Positions 50,951 through 62,837 are shown, counted from the stretch's first letter. The stretch: DNA of 64,000 bases from Veleropilina oligotropha (GCA_048128005.1 JBEUKZ010000029.1:62001-126000); one strand, 5' to 3'. Made by a program: numbers and translations. Notes: generated from the letters alone by a model not told the origin.

Positions 50951-53900
50951 CAGCTGCTGCAGCCCCTCGTTTTCGGTTACATTCCAGACACGTTAAGCGC
51001 ACGTTGTCGCGGATGTGGCCCCTGCTGTTGTCCACACGGTCGACACTGAACTGCTGTGTATCTTTGGGCTGGTAGGCCCAGAGCAGCTCTATGTTGCATG
51101 CTACGCATCGGTTGTTTTGGGCTTCTTTGAGCTGCAGGATGTCCTCGACCTTGAGGTTAAATCCTTGGAGATCCTTGGCCTGGTCCTGGCGCATGTATGC
51201 CACGAGCTTCCTCTGGATGGTCTTTCGAACCTGCTGCTTGCTCTGCGGCGGGGGCCTGTCCTCAGCACCCTCATCCGGAGGACAGGTTACCCGTTCGAGC
51301 TGATGCAGCAGCTCCACCCGGGACACGGCTAGGTAGGCGAGATTGCTCCACTGAAGGTAGTCGTCGATGATCCAGACTTTCTGTGGGTCGTGAATCGTAA
51401 GACCCTGGCTCGAATGGATGGTGAGAGCATATCCCAGGCGCCAATCCGGGGTCAGGATAGCCCTTTCAGCGGCGTCAATGGTGACCTCGACGACGTCGTT
51501 GAGAACTAGCTCCTCTCTTTCATTGGTGCCCGGAATCGTTACCATGATGTGTTGCTTACGGGTGTCCCTGGGGTGGTACAGGATCGGGACATATGAGTCT
51601 GAGAAGTGCTCCTTGTGCCTCTGGAGCAACAGCTGTTGAGCCCGTTCGCGGACCTTCTGATGGCTGGTGAGGATTAGGTCGCCTGGCTTCCAGGTGTTGA
51701 CGAACCGATCCCATCCGAGGCAGCTGGGGAGAGTCCGTCGCATCTCGTCGCACTGGATTTAGTCGGGCTGGAGACGTATACGTCTTTTCAGGGCTTGGAG
51801 GGCAGGGTCGTCTTTCGCCCTGTAGTCTACTTCGATCTCCTCATAGTAGTCCGCGGTCCTTCGCAGCCAATCGTGCGGCATCTCGCCCGTAATCGGTGGT
51901 GGCTGGCCTTGATCACCACAGCAGATAACCTGCACTTCGTGGCGGCCCAGCCAGTCTAAGAACATCTCGAGGATAGGCCGGGGAACAGTACAGACCTCGT
52001 CCCAGATAATGACGCGCGGGATGAACTTCTGACCCATGCGGTCAGGCGTCCAGTCGTTCTGGCCGCTCCATCGGAAGAAGCTGTGGTAGGTCTGGGCTTT
52101 GACACCTCTGGTCCGCATTGCTTTAGCGAGACGGTGGGTTGGCGTGAACACGGTGGGATTCCTTGCCCGGAAGAGCTCGATCGCTCTCGTAGTCTTGCCA
52201 CAGCCCCCTCCACCATTGAGGTAACTCAGGCGATGGTGGGTCAGCGTGTCACTGTAGCATGGCGCGGTGCTTGGCTGGCTGGAATTGGCGGCACAACAAT
52301 ACTCTGGCTTGGGCAGGTATGCGGCATGTTCCTGTGGCATATACAGCTGTTCGCCCTTGTCACGCCACTGGGCCGGTGCTACTGGCAGAAGGTACGTCTC
52401 CCCGAGCAGACAGGAGATGCACGATTGGCTGCGACAGTCGCAGAGTTGGGGGGCAATGTACACCGTGACATCGTCGAGCTTCTCCAACGAGGCCTTCTTG
52501 AGGTAGATGCTGTCAGTGGCTACCCGGACGGCTTCTGCTGCACTGAAACGCCGGAGCATGCTCAAGAGGTTTATGTGGGTATAGGCCAACATAGATGCCC
52601 TCAGGTGGGCGTACTGAGGCTGGGAGCCATCATAGTACGTGAGGATGTGACCGAGGGGGCATCTCTGAGGAGCGCCAACCAGGGTGCCGCTTTGGCGGGT
52701 GTCTCTTACGAGGAAGTCCAGCTCACCCTGGTCGGTCACCAGTCTACGAGTCAATCTTTTGCCCTCGGCTTTGGCGCCTTGGGTGAATTTGCCGATGATA
52801 CTACATCCCTGGTCACGATTCTCAGGAAGCCAGACATCGGTCTGGTTTTTGAATGCGATGATGGATTCTCGGATCTTGAGGCTTTTTAGCAGTCCAGAGT
52901 CTACGAGGTAGGTGAGCAGCGGGGTCGGTGCCCATCCATTCTCTGCAAAGTGCTTCCCGAACCAGGCGGGAATGACGGGGTGGATGTCTTGTGCGAACTC
53001 CCACCCCACGACCTCAGCAAACCCGGTCCCGATATCTTCGGGAAGAGGACCGTTAATTGCGACCCGAGTCATGCTGTGGAGTGGGTGCCCGAATCTTTCG
53101 AAATAGGGCTTGGCCTCGCCCTGCCCCAGAAAGCTGGCAGGGTAGCAGGATTTCATGTCGATGCAGCAGACGTCGCCCGTGTCGTAATTCATGGAATTCC
53201 ACAGGCCGCCGTGGCCATGCTCTACACAGGCCTTCTGGATGTCATCGAGCAGGCCCGCTGGGGTCGGTTTCCAGCCGTTGGTCTCCTTAGCCATAATGCT
53301 AGCTGCATGGTTCACGCCAAAGGCTCGATCGGCTAGGGACTCATTCCCCAGCGCTGTACAGGCTTCTTGGAGTATCTCGTGAGTCTCTTTCGTCCGGTAA
53401 GTGCGGCCGTCCTGCAGCACGAACTGGTCCACGCCGAGCTGTCGGTCTTTACCGCCTAGGAGCCAGACAGCTAATGGCTCGTTCTGTGTGGCTTGTCGAA
53501 TAGCTTCCCAGACATCGCCCTCATACAGGTGGACCTCGCGAGACTGCGGAAAGTGTAGGTCCTTCGACCAGGCGTGGCCGTTGTGACAGATGAGTTCTAT
53601 GGACTTCCACATACTGGCCTGGTATTTCCCACTGTTGTAGATGTCCTCGCCGGCAATATCTCTCAAGACGATCGCCCGTTTGAGGATCCTCTCGAGGATG
53701 GATATATCATCCACAGTGGCGCCTGTTACATGAACTCGCTCTTCCCACTCCAGTATTTTCTGCCGCCTGATTGGAGTTAGTCCGTTTCCTCTCAGGGCAC
53801 CTTCGTAGTGCTCAACCACTCTCTGGGCAACGCAGTTGAGGTCGCCGTTCTTCATCGGAACCAGATTGGCGGGGTTTGGTTCTCTGAGAGGATAGACGCC

Positions 53901-55153
53901 GTAGACGACTGCAGTGACCGGGTAGGCGTTCTCGTAATATACTTTGTCGACCCCAGTGATAGCACCCGGCTTAGTGTCCTGAGAGATCTCAAAGACACCC
54001 TGGCCCTTCTTTCTCGCAGCCTTCACCGGGTCAAACTTGTCTTCGACCATCCAGTCGCCCTCACTCCATTAATAATAATAATGTGGATATTTATATTGCG
54101 CCTTTTTTTCATGCACGAATGCTTGCTCAAAGCGCTACATTATTATTCCCTGGTTAACGGCCTGTTCTGTTCGAGATTCTATCTCATGCCATCTCAACTC
54201 CCTCTGGGAGCATTACAGTCATTTACACGCGGGTAGCGCCGTGACTTACATACTGACAATTTCCCTCACTGCCAACCAGGTACCCACTCAGATCTCAGAT
54301 CGGCTGGGTGAACCGAGGCAATATATGCTTTAATTCCTTGCCCAAGGGAAGACGCCGGGATCGGGGTTGAACCCCAAACCTCTCGAGTGAGAGGCCAGTG
54401 CATCTACCACTGTACCACGGCTGCATATTCACGCAAGAACTTTATTCTAAGGACATACTCGCCCTTTGGAAGGGCTGTGAGGAGCTGTGCCGCCCTCGCG
54501 TCTGTCATACGGGCATCCAGGGCCAGCCGTCCAGCCACCTCGACCCTCCATGTGGAGAACGCCGCTGTGGCGCCATCGACCTCAAACTCGTCTTTGGCGT
54601 CGCTCAAGAGTTCCACCCATGGCTCTTTTGCTGGGAGCCTTACTGGGGGAGGGACCTGGTCATCCAGGTCGATGAATCGTTGTCCCTCGGGTGTGGTAAA
54701 TTGCCCTAGAAGATCCTTCTGGTAGTCCTGGGCTGTCCGGGGCGTTTTGGAGATGAGAAGATCGGGCCCCTTCCGAGCAATAGCATGGGCAAGGGTCTCT
54801 TTCCGAGACCGCTTGACGATTCGATCCGTGATGGCGCGAAGTGGCTTCAGTCGAATCCCCGGCGTTTTCTCAGCCTGGGATTCGTATTTACCAGCCTGCA
54901 GGGCGGCGTCGACCTCGTCCTTAATCTGCCGCAACTCGCGAGCACGTCGGCCTCTTTTGTGGGGGTTCTCCACATCTCCACGTATGGAGGGGAACCTTCC
55001 CGTGTTCATCGCCCGCTCGAGTCTCCGCCGAAACTCCGCAGCACGGACCCCGGCTATTTTCCTGATGAGGTCATTCTTCTTGAGCTTCGACCGAGCGGGG
55101 AGCCCGTAAGCTTTCGCTAAATTACGCAGTTCTCTGAGGGAGACACGTTCCAT
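50940..55153 (-). pseudogene. Replicase fusion: Rho_N-like + vOTU-like + family B DNA polymerase + SF1 helicase + HNH-type nuclease (~1284 aa reconstructed)
   Basis: Three ORFs join after removing the SINE and reading through the TAA at 51761-51759; IDMKSCYP, IIGKF and ATDS (PolB); GGGGCGKT, IIWDE, GDQGQPPP, YALTIHSSQG and YLAVSR (SF1); CVAC...SVDRVDNSRGHIRDNVRLTCLECN (HNH). Confidence 0.88.
54071..54426 (-). mobile_element. tRNA-derived CORE-type SINE with L2-like tail, inserted in the viral replicase
   Basis: A box TGGTACAGTGG, B box GGTTCAACCCC, CCTTGGGCAAG core, AGCGCTTTGAG...GGCGCAATATAAAT tail and (ATT)n end; 3-bp AAT duplication. Confidence 0.85.
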
Positions 55154-55194
55154 CGCGATATGACCCTACAACACAAGTCTCTAATTGGAACTTT

Positions 55195-55494
55195 TTATGT
55201 CGTGCGTGACAGCAACTCGCGCAATACTGCGCCGTAGAGACGGCGAGCTCGGTTTTTAGTGTTTATGAGAGCCTGGGCGGCACGACGACCTCCACATGGT
55301 CTACACACCAGAACGGCCGATTTCGTGCCCTTGCCACATCTCTTACATGGCGGGGATGGTGTTATACCCATCCGAATTTGCCGTCGATGGGCATTGCAAA
55401 ATTCGTTGACGCAGCTACGACCACAAACTCCAGCGGCATTAACTGTCAACCAAGGGCATACATTCTTTCCCCACATAGTTATCGCGTATACCAT
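55195..55494 (-). CDS. Small Cys/His zinc-binding viral protein (99 aa)
   Basis: C-x10-C-x3-C-x4-C-x2-H plus CxxC-x10-CxxC; the pattern is conserved in the homolog at 62838-63113. Confidence 0.8.
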   Translation of the reverse strand: MVYAITMWGKNVCPWLTVNAAGVCGRSCVNEFCNAHRRQIRMGITPSPPCKRCGKGTKSAVLVCRPCGGRRAAQALINTKNRARRLYGAVLRELLSRTT

Positions 55495-55637
55495 CGTATA
55501 TACCAGTCTCTAAATAGGTTATGACACTAACACACAAGAGCCCGGGCCGGCGAGGGTAGTGGGCCGTCCCTACGGGCTCTTACTACATACTACTATATCG
55601 GCATGTTAGACGCTGTGTAGTTATACTTGAAATCAAC

Positions 55638-55811
55638 ATGCCGCAGAAAGACGTTCCCATGTTGCGCAGCGCGAAAAGTTCCCGCCGCAAGGCCCCTGCC
55701 AAGGCTCCTGCCAAGGCTCCTGCCAAGGCTCCTACCAAGGCTCCTACCAAGACTCCTGCCAAGGCCCCTGCCAAGGCCCCTGCCAAGGCTCCTGCCAAAC
55801 GTCGTCCCTAG
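55638..55811 (+). CDS. 57-aa basic KAPA-repeat peptide (histone H1-tail-like)
   Basis: MPQKDVPMLRSAKSSRRK-(A/T)P(A/T)K x9-RRP; CAACATG start context; N-terminus conserved in the second element; below the ORF-track cut-off. Confidence 0.7.
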   Translation: MPQKDVPMLRSAKSSRRKAPAKAPAKAPAKAPTKAPTKTPAKAPAKAPAKAPAKRRP

Positions 55812-55818
55812 TCCCACC

Positions 55819-56113
55819 CCTGCTCTGTACACACGGTGACTTTTTGTAATACAATCCCTACCCTCGGGTCTGAAAGGGTGCTGGGAGCCCCCACCCCCGG
55901 GCCCCTGGGCCCCACCCTAACTCCCTAGTCCCCCACAGTAATACCAGCTCGGTTCTGAAATGGTGCTGGGAGCCTTATTTTCCCATTCTAAAAAGTCTAC
56001 TGACCCCCCCTGCTGCTGAGTTGAGATCCATATTAATTCTGAAAAGGTGCTGGGAGCCTTAATTTCCCTCGCCGCGCCCCCACATAAAAGGTATGGTCAC
56101 CCCCCCTGCTGCT
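55819..56113 (-). repeat. Right TIR of the Polinton-like element
   Basis: Reverse complement of 40307-40601. Confidence 0.95.
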
Positions 56114-58347
56114 CAGGAGGTGGAAGTTTTCACACCGTTAATTAACAAAATGTTCACAGTTCATAGTAATTCCTAAAAGTTGGACACCCACATGTATATG
56201 CAGGACAGACACAGTTTCCCACCACTGACCATTTTACCCGTGCTTCGCACTCGAACCATGGTCAGATTTCACACTTAATCAACGGTGGAAAACTGTGTCT
56301 ACTCCTTAGCATGGTCTAACCTACGTATATCGAATCCGGTGACCTGCTCAGCTTTCATAGGTTAATAGTACTTCTCTGATCTGTGATAAACATACCAGTA
56401 CTACCTGATTATTCTTGAGTAGAGATTACTTAAAGTCATCATAATCATGTCGGAGACAAGGGCAGATTTCCAGGCACCACTGGGCGCACCCTTGTCCTTC
56501 ATATGGGTCCTCTCCATCTGGCTCTGCCCTAGGTCTAACCATGGATGACTCCCTTCTGTGGCCTGCCGATGGACACAGCGCGCTGTTACGCTTTCCGTTG
56601 TCTGCCGGTAGGAGCTCGCCCATCAACGACGAACATGGTTCAGCGCTGCACCCAGTCAGCGTCATCCATCCGCTCCACATGTCCAAATTGTCTGTGTCTG
56701 CTCCTCCTCACAACAACAACAACCGCCTCCACCTTCAGCCGTCTTCTCAACCACCCCTCACTCGTCAGTCTTTCCCACAGAGACACGCCCATCCTCAGCA
56801 TCCTCCACCAGTGGAAAATCTCTCTTGCACAGGAACGTCGCTGCGTGCACCCCACTACACCTCTGGTGGGTGCACTTTTCGTAGGTCGTACACTTTATCG
56901 AGTTGACGGCTACCCCCTTGCGCACATTCCCCTTGGTCATGCACCGGATCTTGATACCACCCCGCTGGCATAACTGCGGAGTGTCCGATGCATGGTCATG
57001 TGAAGAAATAAAGTTATATGGCAATACAGTTATTTATTCAAAACCTCACAGACTGGTCTTACATGGTCGTACCACCACTGTCGACTAGTCTCGAATGGTC
57101 GCACCATCGATCGTCAATGGACGCGGGTTAAGCAGTTTCACGATTGATCGTGCAAATGTACGTGTCACTGACGATTGGTGGTGCCACTTGACGTACGACC
57201 TCACGATCGGTAGTGCAACCAGTCACGACCTGTCCCGACTGGTTGCACGACCTTACGATTAGTGGTACCGTCAGTCTTTAGCTTCCCGTGACCAATATAT
57301 TTGGAGTGGCTTTTGGTGTTCAGGTCAGTCTCCAGTGCGACTATCGAAGATATAATATCACTATGGCGGATGTACTAGTGCCTTCTCGAAATTATGTTGA
57401 CCCAGCTTTAGTTGGGGCAAAATCAACATCTGGGTGCCGCAGCCACAGTCGTACTTCTCCGATGAAGAAACCATCTCAAAGAAAGAAGGCGCCAATACTG
57501 GGTCCCTGGATCGAGAGGCGATCCTTATAAGGCAGCTCCATCAATCTTATGAGCGAAATGGAAAGAGTCACATGGCGATTTCACCAACGACATGCGCATG
57601 GAAGCGCGCATGTTCCACGAGCTTCTTCTCCAAGTAACGTCCATGCTTACAAAGCTGGCCATTACTTTATGGTATAATTATGGTCACTGTGAACACATAA
57701 GCAGTGACATGTTGCCGAATGGTGTAATTACCTTTGTACTGTTATTGTATATTATATAGATGTTCCGTTTTTATTTAATAAATATTGTTTAAACTAAACT
57801 AACAGCTATGACAGCTTACTCTTTCCGGGTGTCCCACATTGATTGAAATATGAAATGGGTTTCTAAAGGTAATCATCGGTCATGTTGAGATCCCAGCCCT
57901 TCTTGTCGAGTAGGCGGTCTTTTTTCTGTCGCTTTTTTAAATTGGCTTCGCTCATGCCTTAAAACAGAGGGTGGTCGACGAACCATTCACAGAGAGTCTG
58001 CTATACTGTAAGGTCAATCTCTGGCACCTTTTTATCTTGGCCGCCGCTTCATCCCCTGCTGGGTCTTTGATCGTCATCACTAATCGCAAGACTACCTACG
58101 ACTGATTTTTGCGATGGATCTTCTCCAATAGTTAACGAACGAACAATCACGCGTACCACCAATCGTATGATGATATATCACCAGTTTTAATAGCAATCGC
58201 AGTACGAATCTGGATAATCGAGGTTGTAGCAAACAATGCCGACTAGTCGTATCTCGGCCATATCACCACATGTCGCCATTATTGGCTGCAGTTCCAGTTT
58301 ATTGCCAACTTTCCATTTGAATGTGGAATACCATACATTTTGTTATT

Positions 58348-61300
58348 TAGTCCAGTGGACTAGCATAATTGTTGTGCACTTTTGGAAACAAGCACCAAAT
58401 TTGGCACACAGATAGATATGGTAACAACAAACACCCTAGGCTGTAGAACCACTTCAGCAGCACCCCCTGGTGGTTGGTGGCGCCACCTAGTGGCCAAAAT
58501 GGTGAAAACGGCATATATCATCATATAAATGCATATAACATTCGTGTTAAAGGCTATATTTTCATTCTGATTGTTATTATTAACAGGGGGGGGGGGGTTA
58601 ACCCCTCCACTTGATTATAAAATATTAGTAATACAGTTTGGCGAAAATTGTTCATAAATGTTCGTAAGAAATGTCGTGTTTGCAATGTCAGAATGCAGGA
58701 GAGGGGGTTTCATACCATTCAATAATTTTCCTTTGCATGGTGGGGTCCCACCCCACACGTGGAGAGTTGACAGTATATGTCGTAAATTTCACACCCCTCC
58801 CCCCTTCCTTTTATAATTGCTCAGCCGCCCTATCAATATCGGATTCATCTTCTTGGGAACGGCCACCCATCTATTATGAAGCATTTTTTTTCAAGCGAGT
58901 CGTGCATGGGCGATGGCATCGGTAACAACAAAAGTGGCTAAATTGCGGATATTAAATTTGAATAATGTTAGCGCTAAGGATAACAACTGTTTATTATACT
59001 AGTGTTATATAACATGGGGCTTTACACACAGACAGCGATAGAGATTGAAGTTTTAAACAAAAAATATTACTAATTTTAGAGCTGTTCTCCTATTTAGCTA
59101 TACTTTTCCTGCAAAATATATTGCCAACTCCAATTTGTGTCAAGTGTGTGTGTGTATTCATTCAAATTCTCGGTTAGTTATATGATATGAAATTAACATT
59201 AAATGATGATAACATCAATACCTTCTAATCCCTTTATTTATAAATAATTAACCTCCGTATTTATGAATCTTCATGCTCTCAAACAAAAACATGTGCAGAG
59301 AAAGGTGCACACCATCTTTGCGCGATGATATCGGTTGCTTAATGCGCAACCTATTATGCATTTTGGATACCACCCATGATAAGTTTTATTCAACCCATTT
59401 ATAGTCTCAATTAAGGACACATAGCTTGGCCACATACATAACCACCTTGATACACAGTGGGTGCTGCATTTATGGATGGGAAAGTTTTTATGCTTTAACG
59501 TATCTTTCATTGCACAAATGTCATTTTCGACGTCATTTATGTTTGTTAACTGGTTTGTTCTATCATATGACAAAATACAGAATCTCTCCATGGCTGTACG
59601 GATTGCGTCAATAATTATTGATCGCTCATCTCCAAACAGCCCATGCATGTTTTATGTTCGTGAAAACCCGAAACGGTATCACATTCTGAGAATTAACGAA
59701 ACATTCATAGTGATCTTGCTTTTGTGGATCCCAGCCATAGCTTGGCTGATTTCATGAGCTGCCAGGTACCAACATTTTTCTACCTGTTCCATAGCTATAG
59801 CTGCTGAACACTCGACCCCTCCACGTACTAAGAGATGAGTGTCGTTGATTTTACCAGCATTTGTTCATCATTATCAATATGCAGTTTTTATGTCTTGACC
59901 TTTTTGTAAAAAAGGACAAGACATTATCAAATGGTCCGAGTGTATATACATATATACATATATATATATCCGCTGATTATTTTGAAAACTATTGGATCAA
60001 TTTTCACCAAAATTGGTACACACATTCCCAAGAGTATTTGTAGGTCGTGTATATAACTTTCGCGACACAATTTTGCAAAAAATATGCATTTATTGAGCAC
60101 TTTAATCCATATTCGTATGTAACTGATGTCTAATATTGCAAGCAAATAGCAATGACGTCATTATGACGTCGCTTTAGATTAATCGTCATTGAGTGACGTC
60201 ACATTCGACGGGGTAGTAAATTAAGCCATGATGTACTTGCACTTAACCATTGTAACGTTATAACTGTTATGAAAATTAGAAATAAAGAAAGGTCAAGACA
60301 TATTTCGAACGCGTCGTTCTTGTTTACCAATGCTTTTCATTTGCCTGACATTTTCCGAAACCTTAGCATTGACTATGTCCTTGGAATCCAAGACAAATAA
60401 TCAAGGAACGATGTTGCCATCTCATCTATCGTGGTCTCTAAAGCTTTCCCGTCTTGTTTGAGAAAAGTTAATTATATAACAAGAACCAGTTTATTGTGAT
60501 AATGGTTCTCTCACCTCATTCAGCAACGAATGTGCTCTCAAATTATGTCAGTGCCATAGCTAATCCCGGTCTTGCAATCATCAGCCGTGGGAATTGAAGA
60601 AACTTGGACTTTCTTTGAGGCTCACTGCACTTCGATCCTTTTATCCTGACATTGTCATATTCGTGCCCTTAGTCAATTGCAATGTCAGATGATACAATGT
60701 ATTTCAGGATGAGCTTGTGAGAGTGTAGTCAGATCTAAATGTTGACATGGAACGATGTAGCGTACGTAATTAATTTGATCGAGTGTAAAATGTTATGGTG
60801 CCAATTTATTGATGGGTTCATCATATAGACCAAAGTTTCCATCACGCTGTGCTCCCAGTAGCATGAAAAGTATGTTTAGCTCCAATACTGAAATAGTGGA
60901 AATTCAGATATAATCTTCAAATGAAAGTCCTCGTTGGTCACCTGGAAGATATGTAACGTAAGCCTGTTTCATAATGAAAATGCCATTAATTGTTACCTGT
61001 TAGGCATGTTGTGTCTATTTTACATGAGCTACTTGTGGAAACGAATCAGCTGCGCCCGATATGTAGCATTATTTGCTTGCACAAATGATGACCCCCCCCC
61101 CTACTGTCAGATTGTTCGTCATGCTGCCATTTCAAAATGGTGTCCCCGAAAGATTGCATATATTTATCTTCACCATGTGTCTCTAGACAAGATATTTGAA
61201 TTTGTTTGTCTCGGCAGTTCCATGCCACGTTCGATCAACGAGATAATATCACGCATAACGAGCCAAGCGTTAGCAAGGGGCATTATGTGTTAATCAGCGA

Positions 61301-62143
61301 GAGGTGTCAGTATATATTCTGATATACGTACCAAGAATATATATATATATCATAGCCACCATGTGCACTATAAGTTTATGGAGTGGAAAGGCACAAGTCT
61401 AAACATGAAGCCACAAGATTGGGGATGGCACATTGTGGATGGACGTTGCAATATTCGATGTCAGTACAGACCGACCAACATGCAGCACCATCAGAACTAC
61501 TGGATATCATATGTTGTAGTTGTAAGAAATATTGCAACACGAAGAGCTGCTCATGTCGAAAATATTTCATCCTCTGTACTGTTGTGTGCAAGGAATGTCG
61601 TGGGGAAAGTTGTACACACCCACAGTCACCAGATTTATCAGACGACTATGACCTAGACGTTTGAGCAGGATATCAAGCCGATTATGGTAAAACAAGTAAT
61701 GGGCACCACTTCAATGTCGTTGTATCATTTAAAACTGTAAATGCTGATAATTGGAATATATTATACTGATATGCTTACGATTGTGCCTGTCTGATACTCA
61801 ATAACTCTTTTAATGTTCAAAATTCCATTGCATAAAATGAGAATATTTCGTGACCATACTGCATTATAGAAACGCATTCCATGTGAATCATAATGTCCAA
61901 AAACCCCAATGTAGAACTTAAAACAACTGAAGTACGACGTTTGATATCAAAGATATGGAAAATTATCGATATTTGGCAGCCATTTTGGATTTGCAAATTA
62001 GACATATTTCCGCAATAAGGATCTCTTGGGACTTTTAGTATGGTGTTATTTGGACTTCACATAAATGCATTATGGCAAAATAAATTATGTTGCAATTTGT
62101 TCCAATTAGTTGAAAGCTAAAATGGGCTAGATTGCCTGGACTA
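58348..62143. mobile_element. Degenerate Academ-type transposon remnants
   Basis: TAGTCCAG...CTGGACTA ends; minus-strand fragments WYLAAHEIS, CDTVSGF and ERFCILSYDRT (about 59450-59800); plus-strand PQDWGW...AAPSELLDIICCSCKKYCNTKSCSCRK..CTVVCKECRGESC (61360-61664). Probably more than one copy; no TSD seen. Confidence 0.6.
59884..60325 (+). mobile_element. Intact Helentron/HINE (DINE-1-like) element
   Basis: T-run, subTIR TATGTCTTGACC, short IR, TA microsatellite, core, GGTCAAGACATA, hairpin GAACGCGTCGTTC, TTGTTT. Confidence 0.8.
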
Positions 62144-62484
62144 CGTATATGTTATAGAGCAGCAGGGGGGGTCATTGGACTTTTTAGAATGGAAACATAA
62201 GGCTCCCAGCACTATTTCAGAACTGAGGGGGTGTAGTACGAGCCCCTAAGGCAGTTTAGACTAAGGGTCCACGGCCGCCGGGGAGGCTCCCAGCCCTATT
62301 TCGGGACTGAGGGTAGGGCTTGTATTACAAAAGTCACCGTGTGTACAGAGCAGGGGGGGTGAGTGTACTTTTTAGAATGGAAAAAATAAGGCTCCCAGCC
62401 CTATTTCAGAACTGAGGGGGTGTAGTACGAGCCCCTAGGGCAGTTTAGACTAGGGGCCCACGGCCGCCGGGGAGGCTCCCGGCC

Positions 62485-62673
62485 CTATTTCGGAACTGAG
62501 GGACGGCGATTGTGTAAAAGTCCCTTCTTGCCGCCTTTGGTCTTCTTCTTAAAGACCGCCTGTTCACCATCGTCGAGGTCAACAATCAAAACGTCGTAGC
62601 CCGATTTCAAGAGGGTCCTGATGCGTTGGGAACTTTTCGCGCCACGCAACCTGGGAACGGCTTTCTGCGGCAT
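62485..62673 (-). CDS. 62-aa basic peptide, homolog of 55638-55811
   Basis: MPQKAVPRLRGAKSSQR...KKKTKGGKKGLLHNRRPSVPK. Confidence 0.65.
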   Translation of the reverse strand: MPQKAVPRLRGAKSSQRIRTLLKSGYDVLIVDLDDGEQAVFKKKTKGGKKGLLHNRRPSVPK

Positions 62674-62837
62674 GTTGCTTTCAAGTATAACTACACAGCG
62701 TCTAACACGACCAGCTATTTCGCGCCGATATAGTAGCATGTAGTAAGAGCCCGTAGGGACGGCCCACAACCCTCGCCGGCCCGGGCTCTCTTTTAGACAT
62801 ACCCATTGCAACAGGTACCCCCACTGCAAAGGATACG

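Larger units (their letters stand above)
40307..56113. mobile_element. Full-length endogenous Polinton/Maverick-like dsDNA virus, 15,807 bp
   Basis: 295-bp TIRs with AGCAGC...GCTGCT termini; CAGGA TSD (40302-40306, 56114-56118); visibly GC-rich, intronless and gene-dense; encodes capsid, ATPase, integrase and PolB-helicase genes. Confidence 0.95.

Noticed and set aside
54340..54426. tRNA gene (also 39030-39124)
   Set aside because: A/B boxes run into SINE core and tail sequences; no clean cloverleaf.
41626..55120. Many antisense/overlapping ORFs in the viral region (e.g. 44999-45586, 52083-52889, most of 45682-46584)
   Set aside because: Shadow frames of GC-rich genes with no motifs; only the last 37 codons of 45682-46584 are used, as the start of the coiled-coil gene.
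54404..55153. Stand-alone 249-aa gene
   Set aside because: Its stop lies inside the SINE; the sister element shows the frame continuing into the polymerase.
55536..55581. HDV-like ribozyme
   Set aside because: The GGCCGGC/CCTCGC resemblance is superficial; I could not build the nested double pseudoknot.
55583..55839. GALA-, GRSL- and PRLL-repeat ORFs in the track
   Set aside because: Alternative frames of the 12-bp repeat; only the KAPA frame has an ATG and N-terminus conserved in the second element.
40307..56113. Bacterial prophage or contaminant contig
   Set aside because: TIRs, a TSD in host DNA, an rve integrase, Kozak-like starts and an inserted host SINE show residence in the animal genome.
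56400..58260. Possible degenerate DNA transposon or host exons (ACGAC-rich patches, short ORFs)
   Set aside because: No convincing TIR/TSD, catalytic motif or splice pattern could be established by eye.
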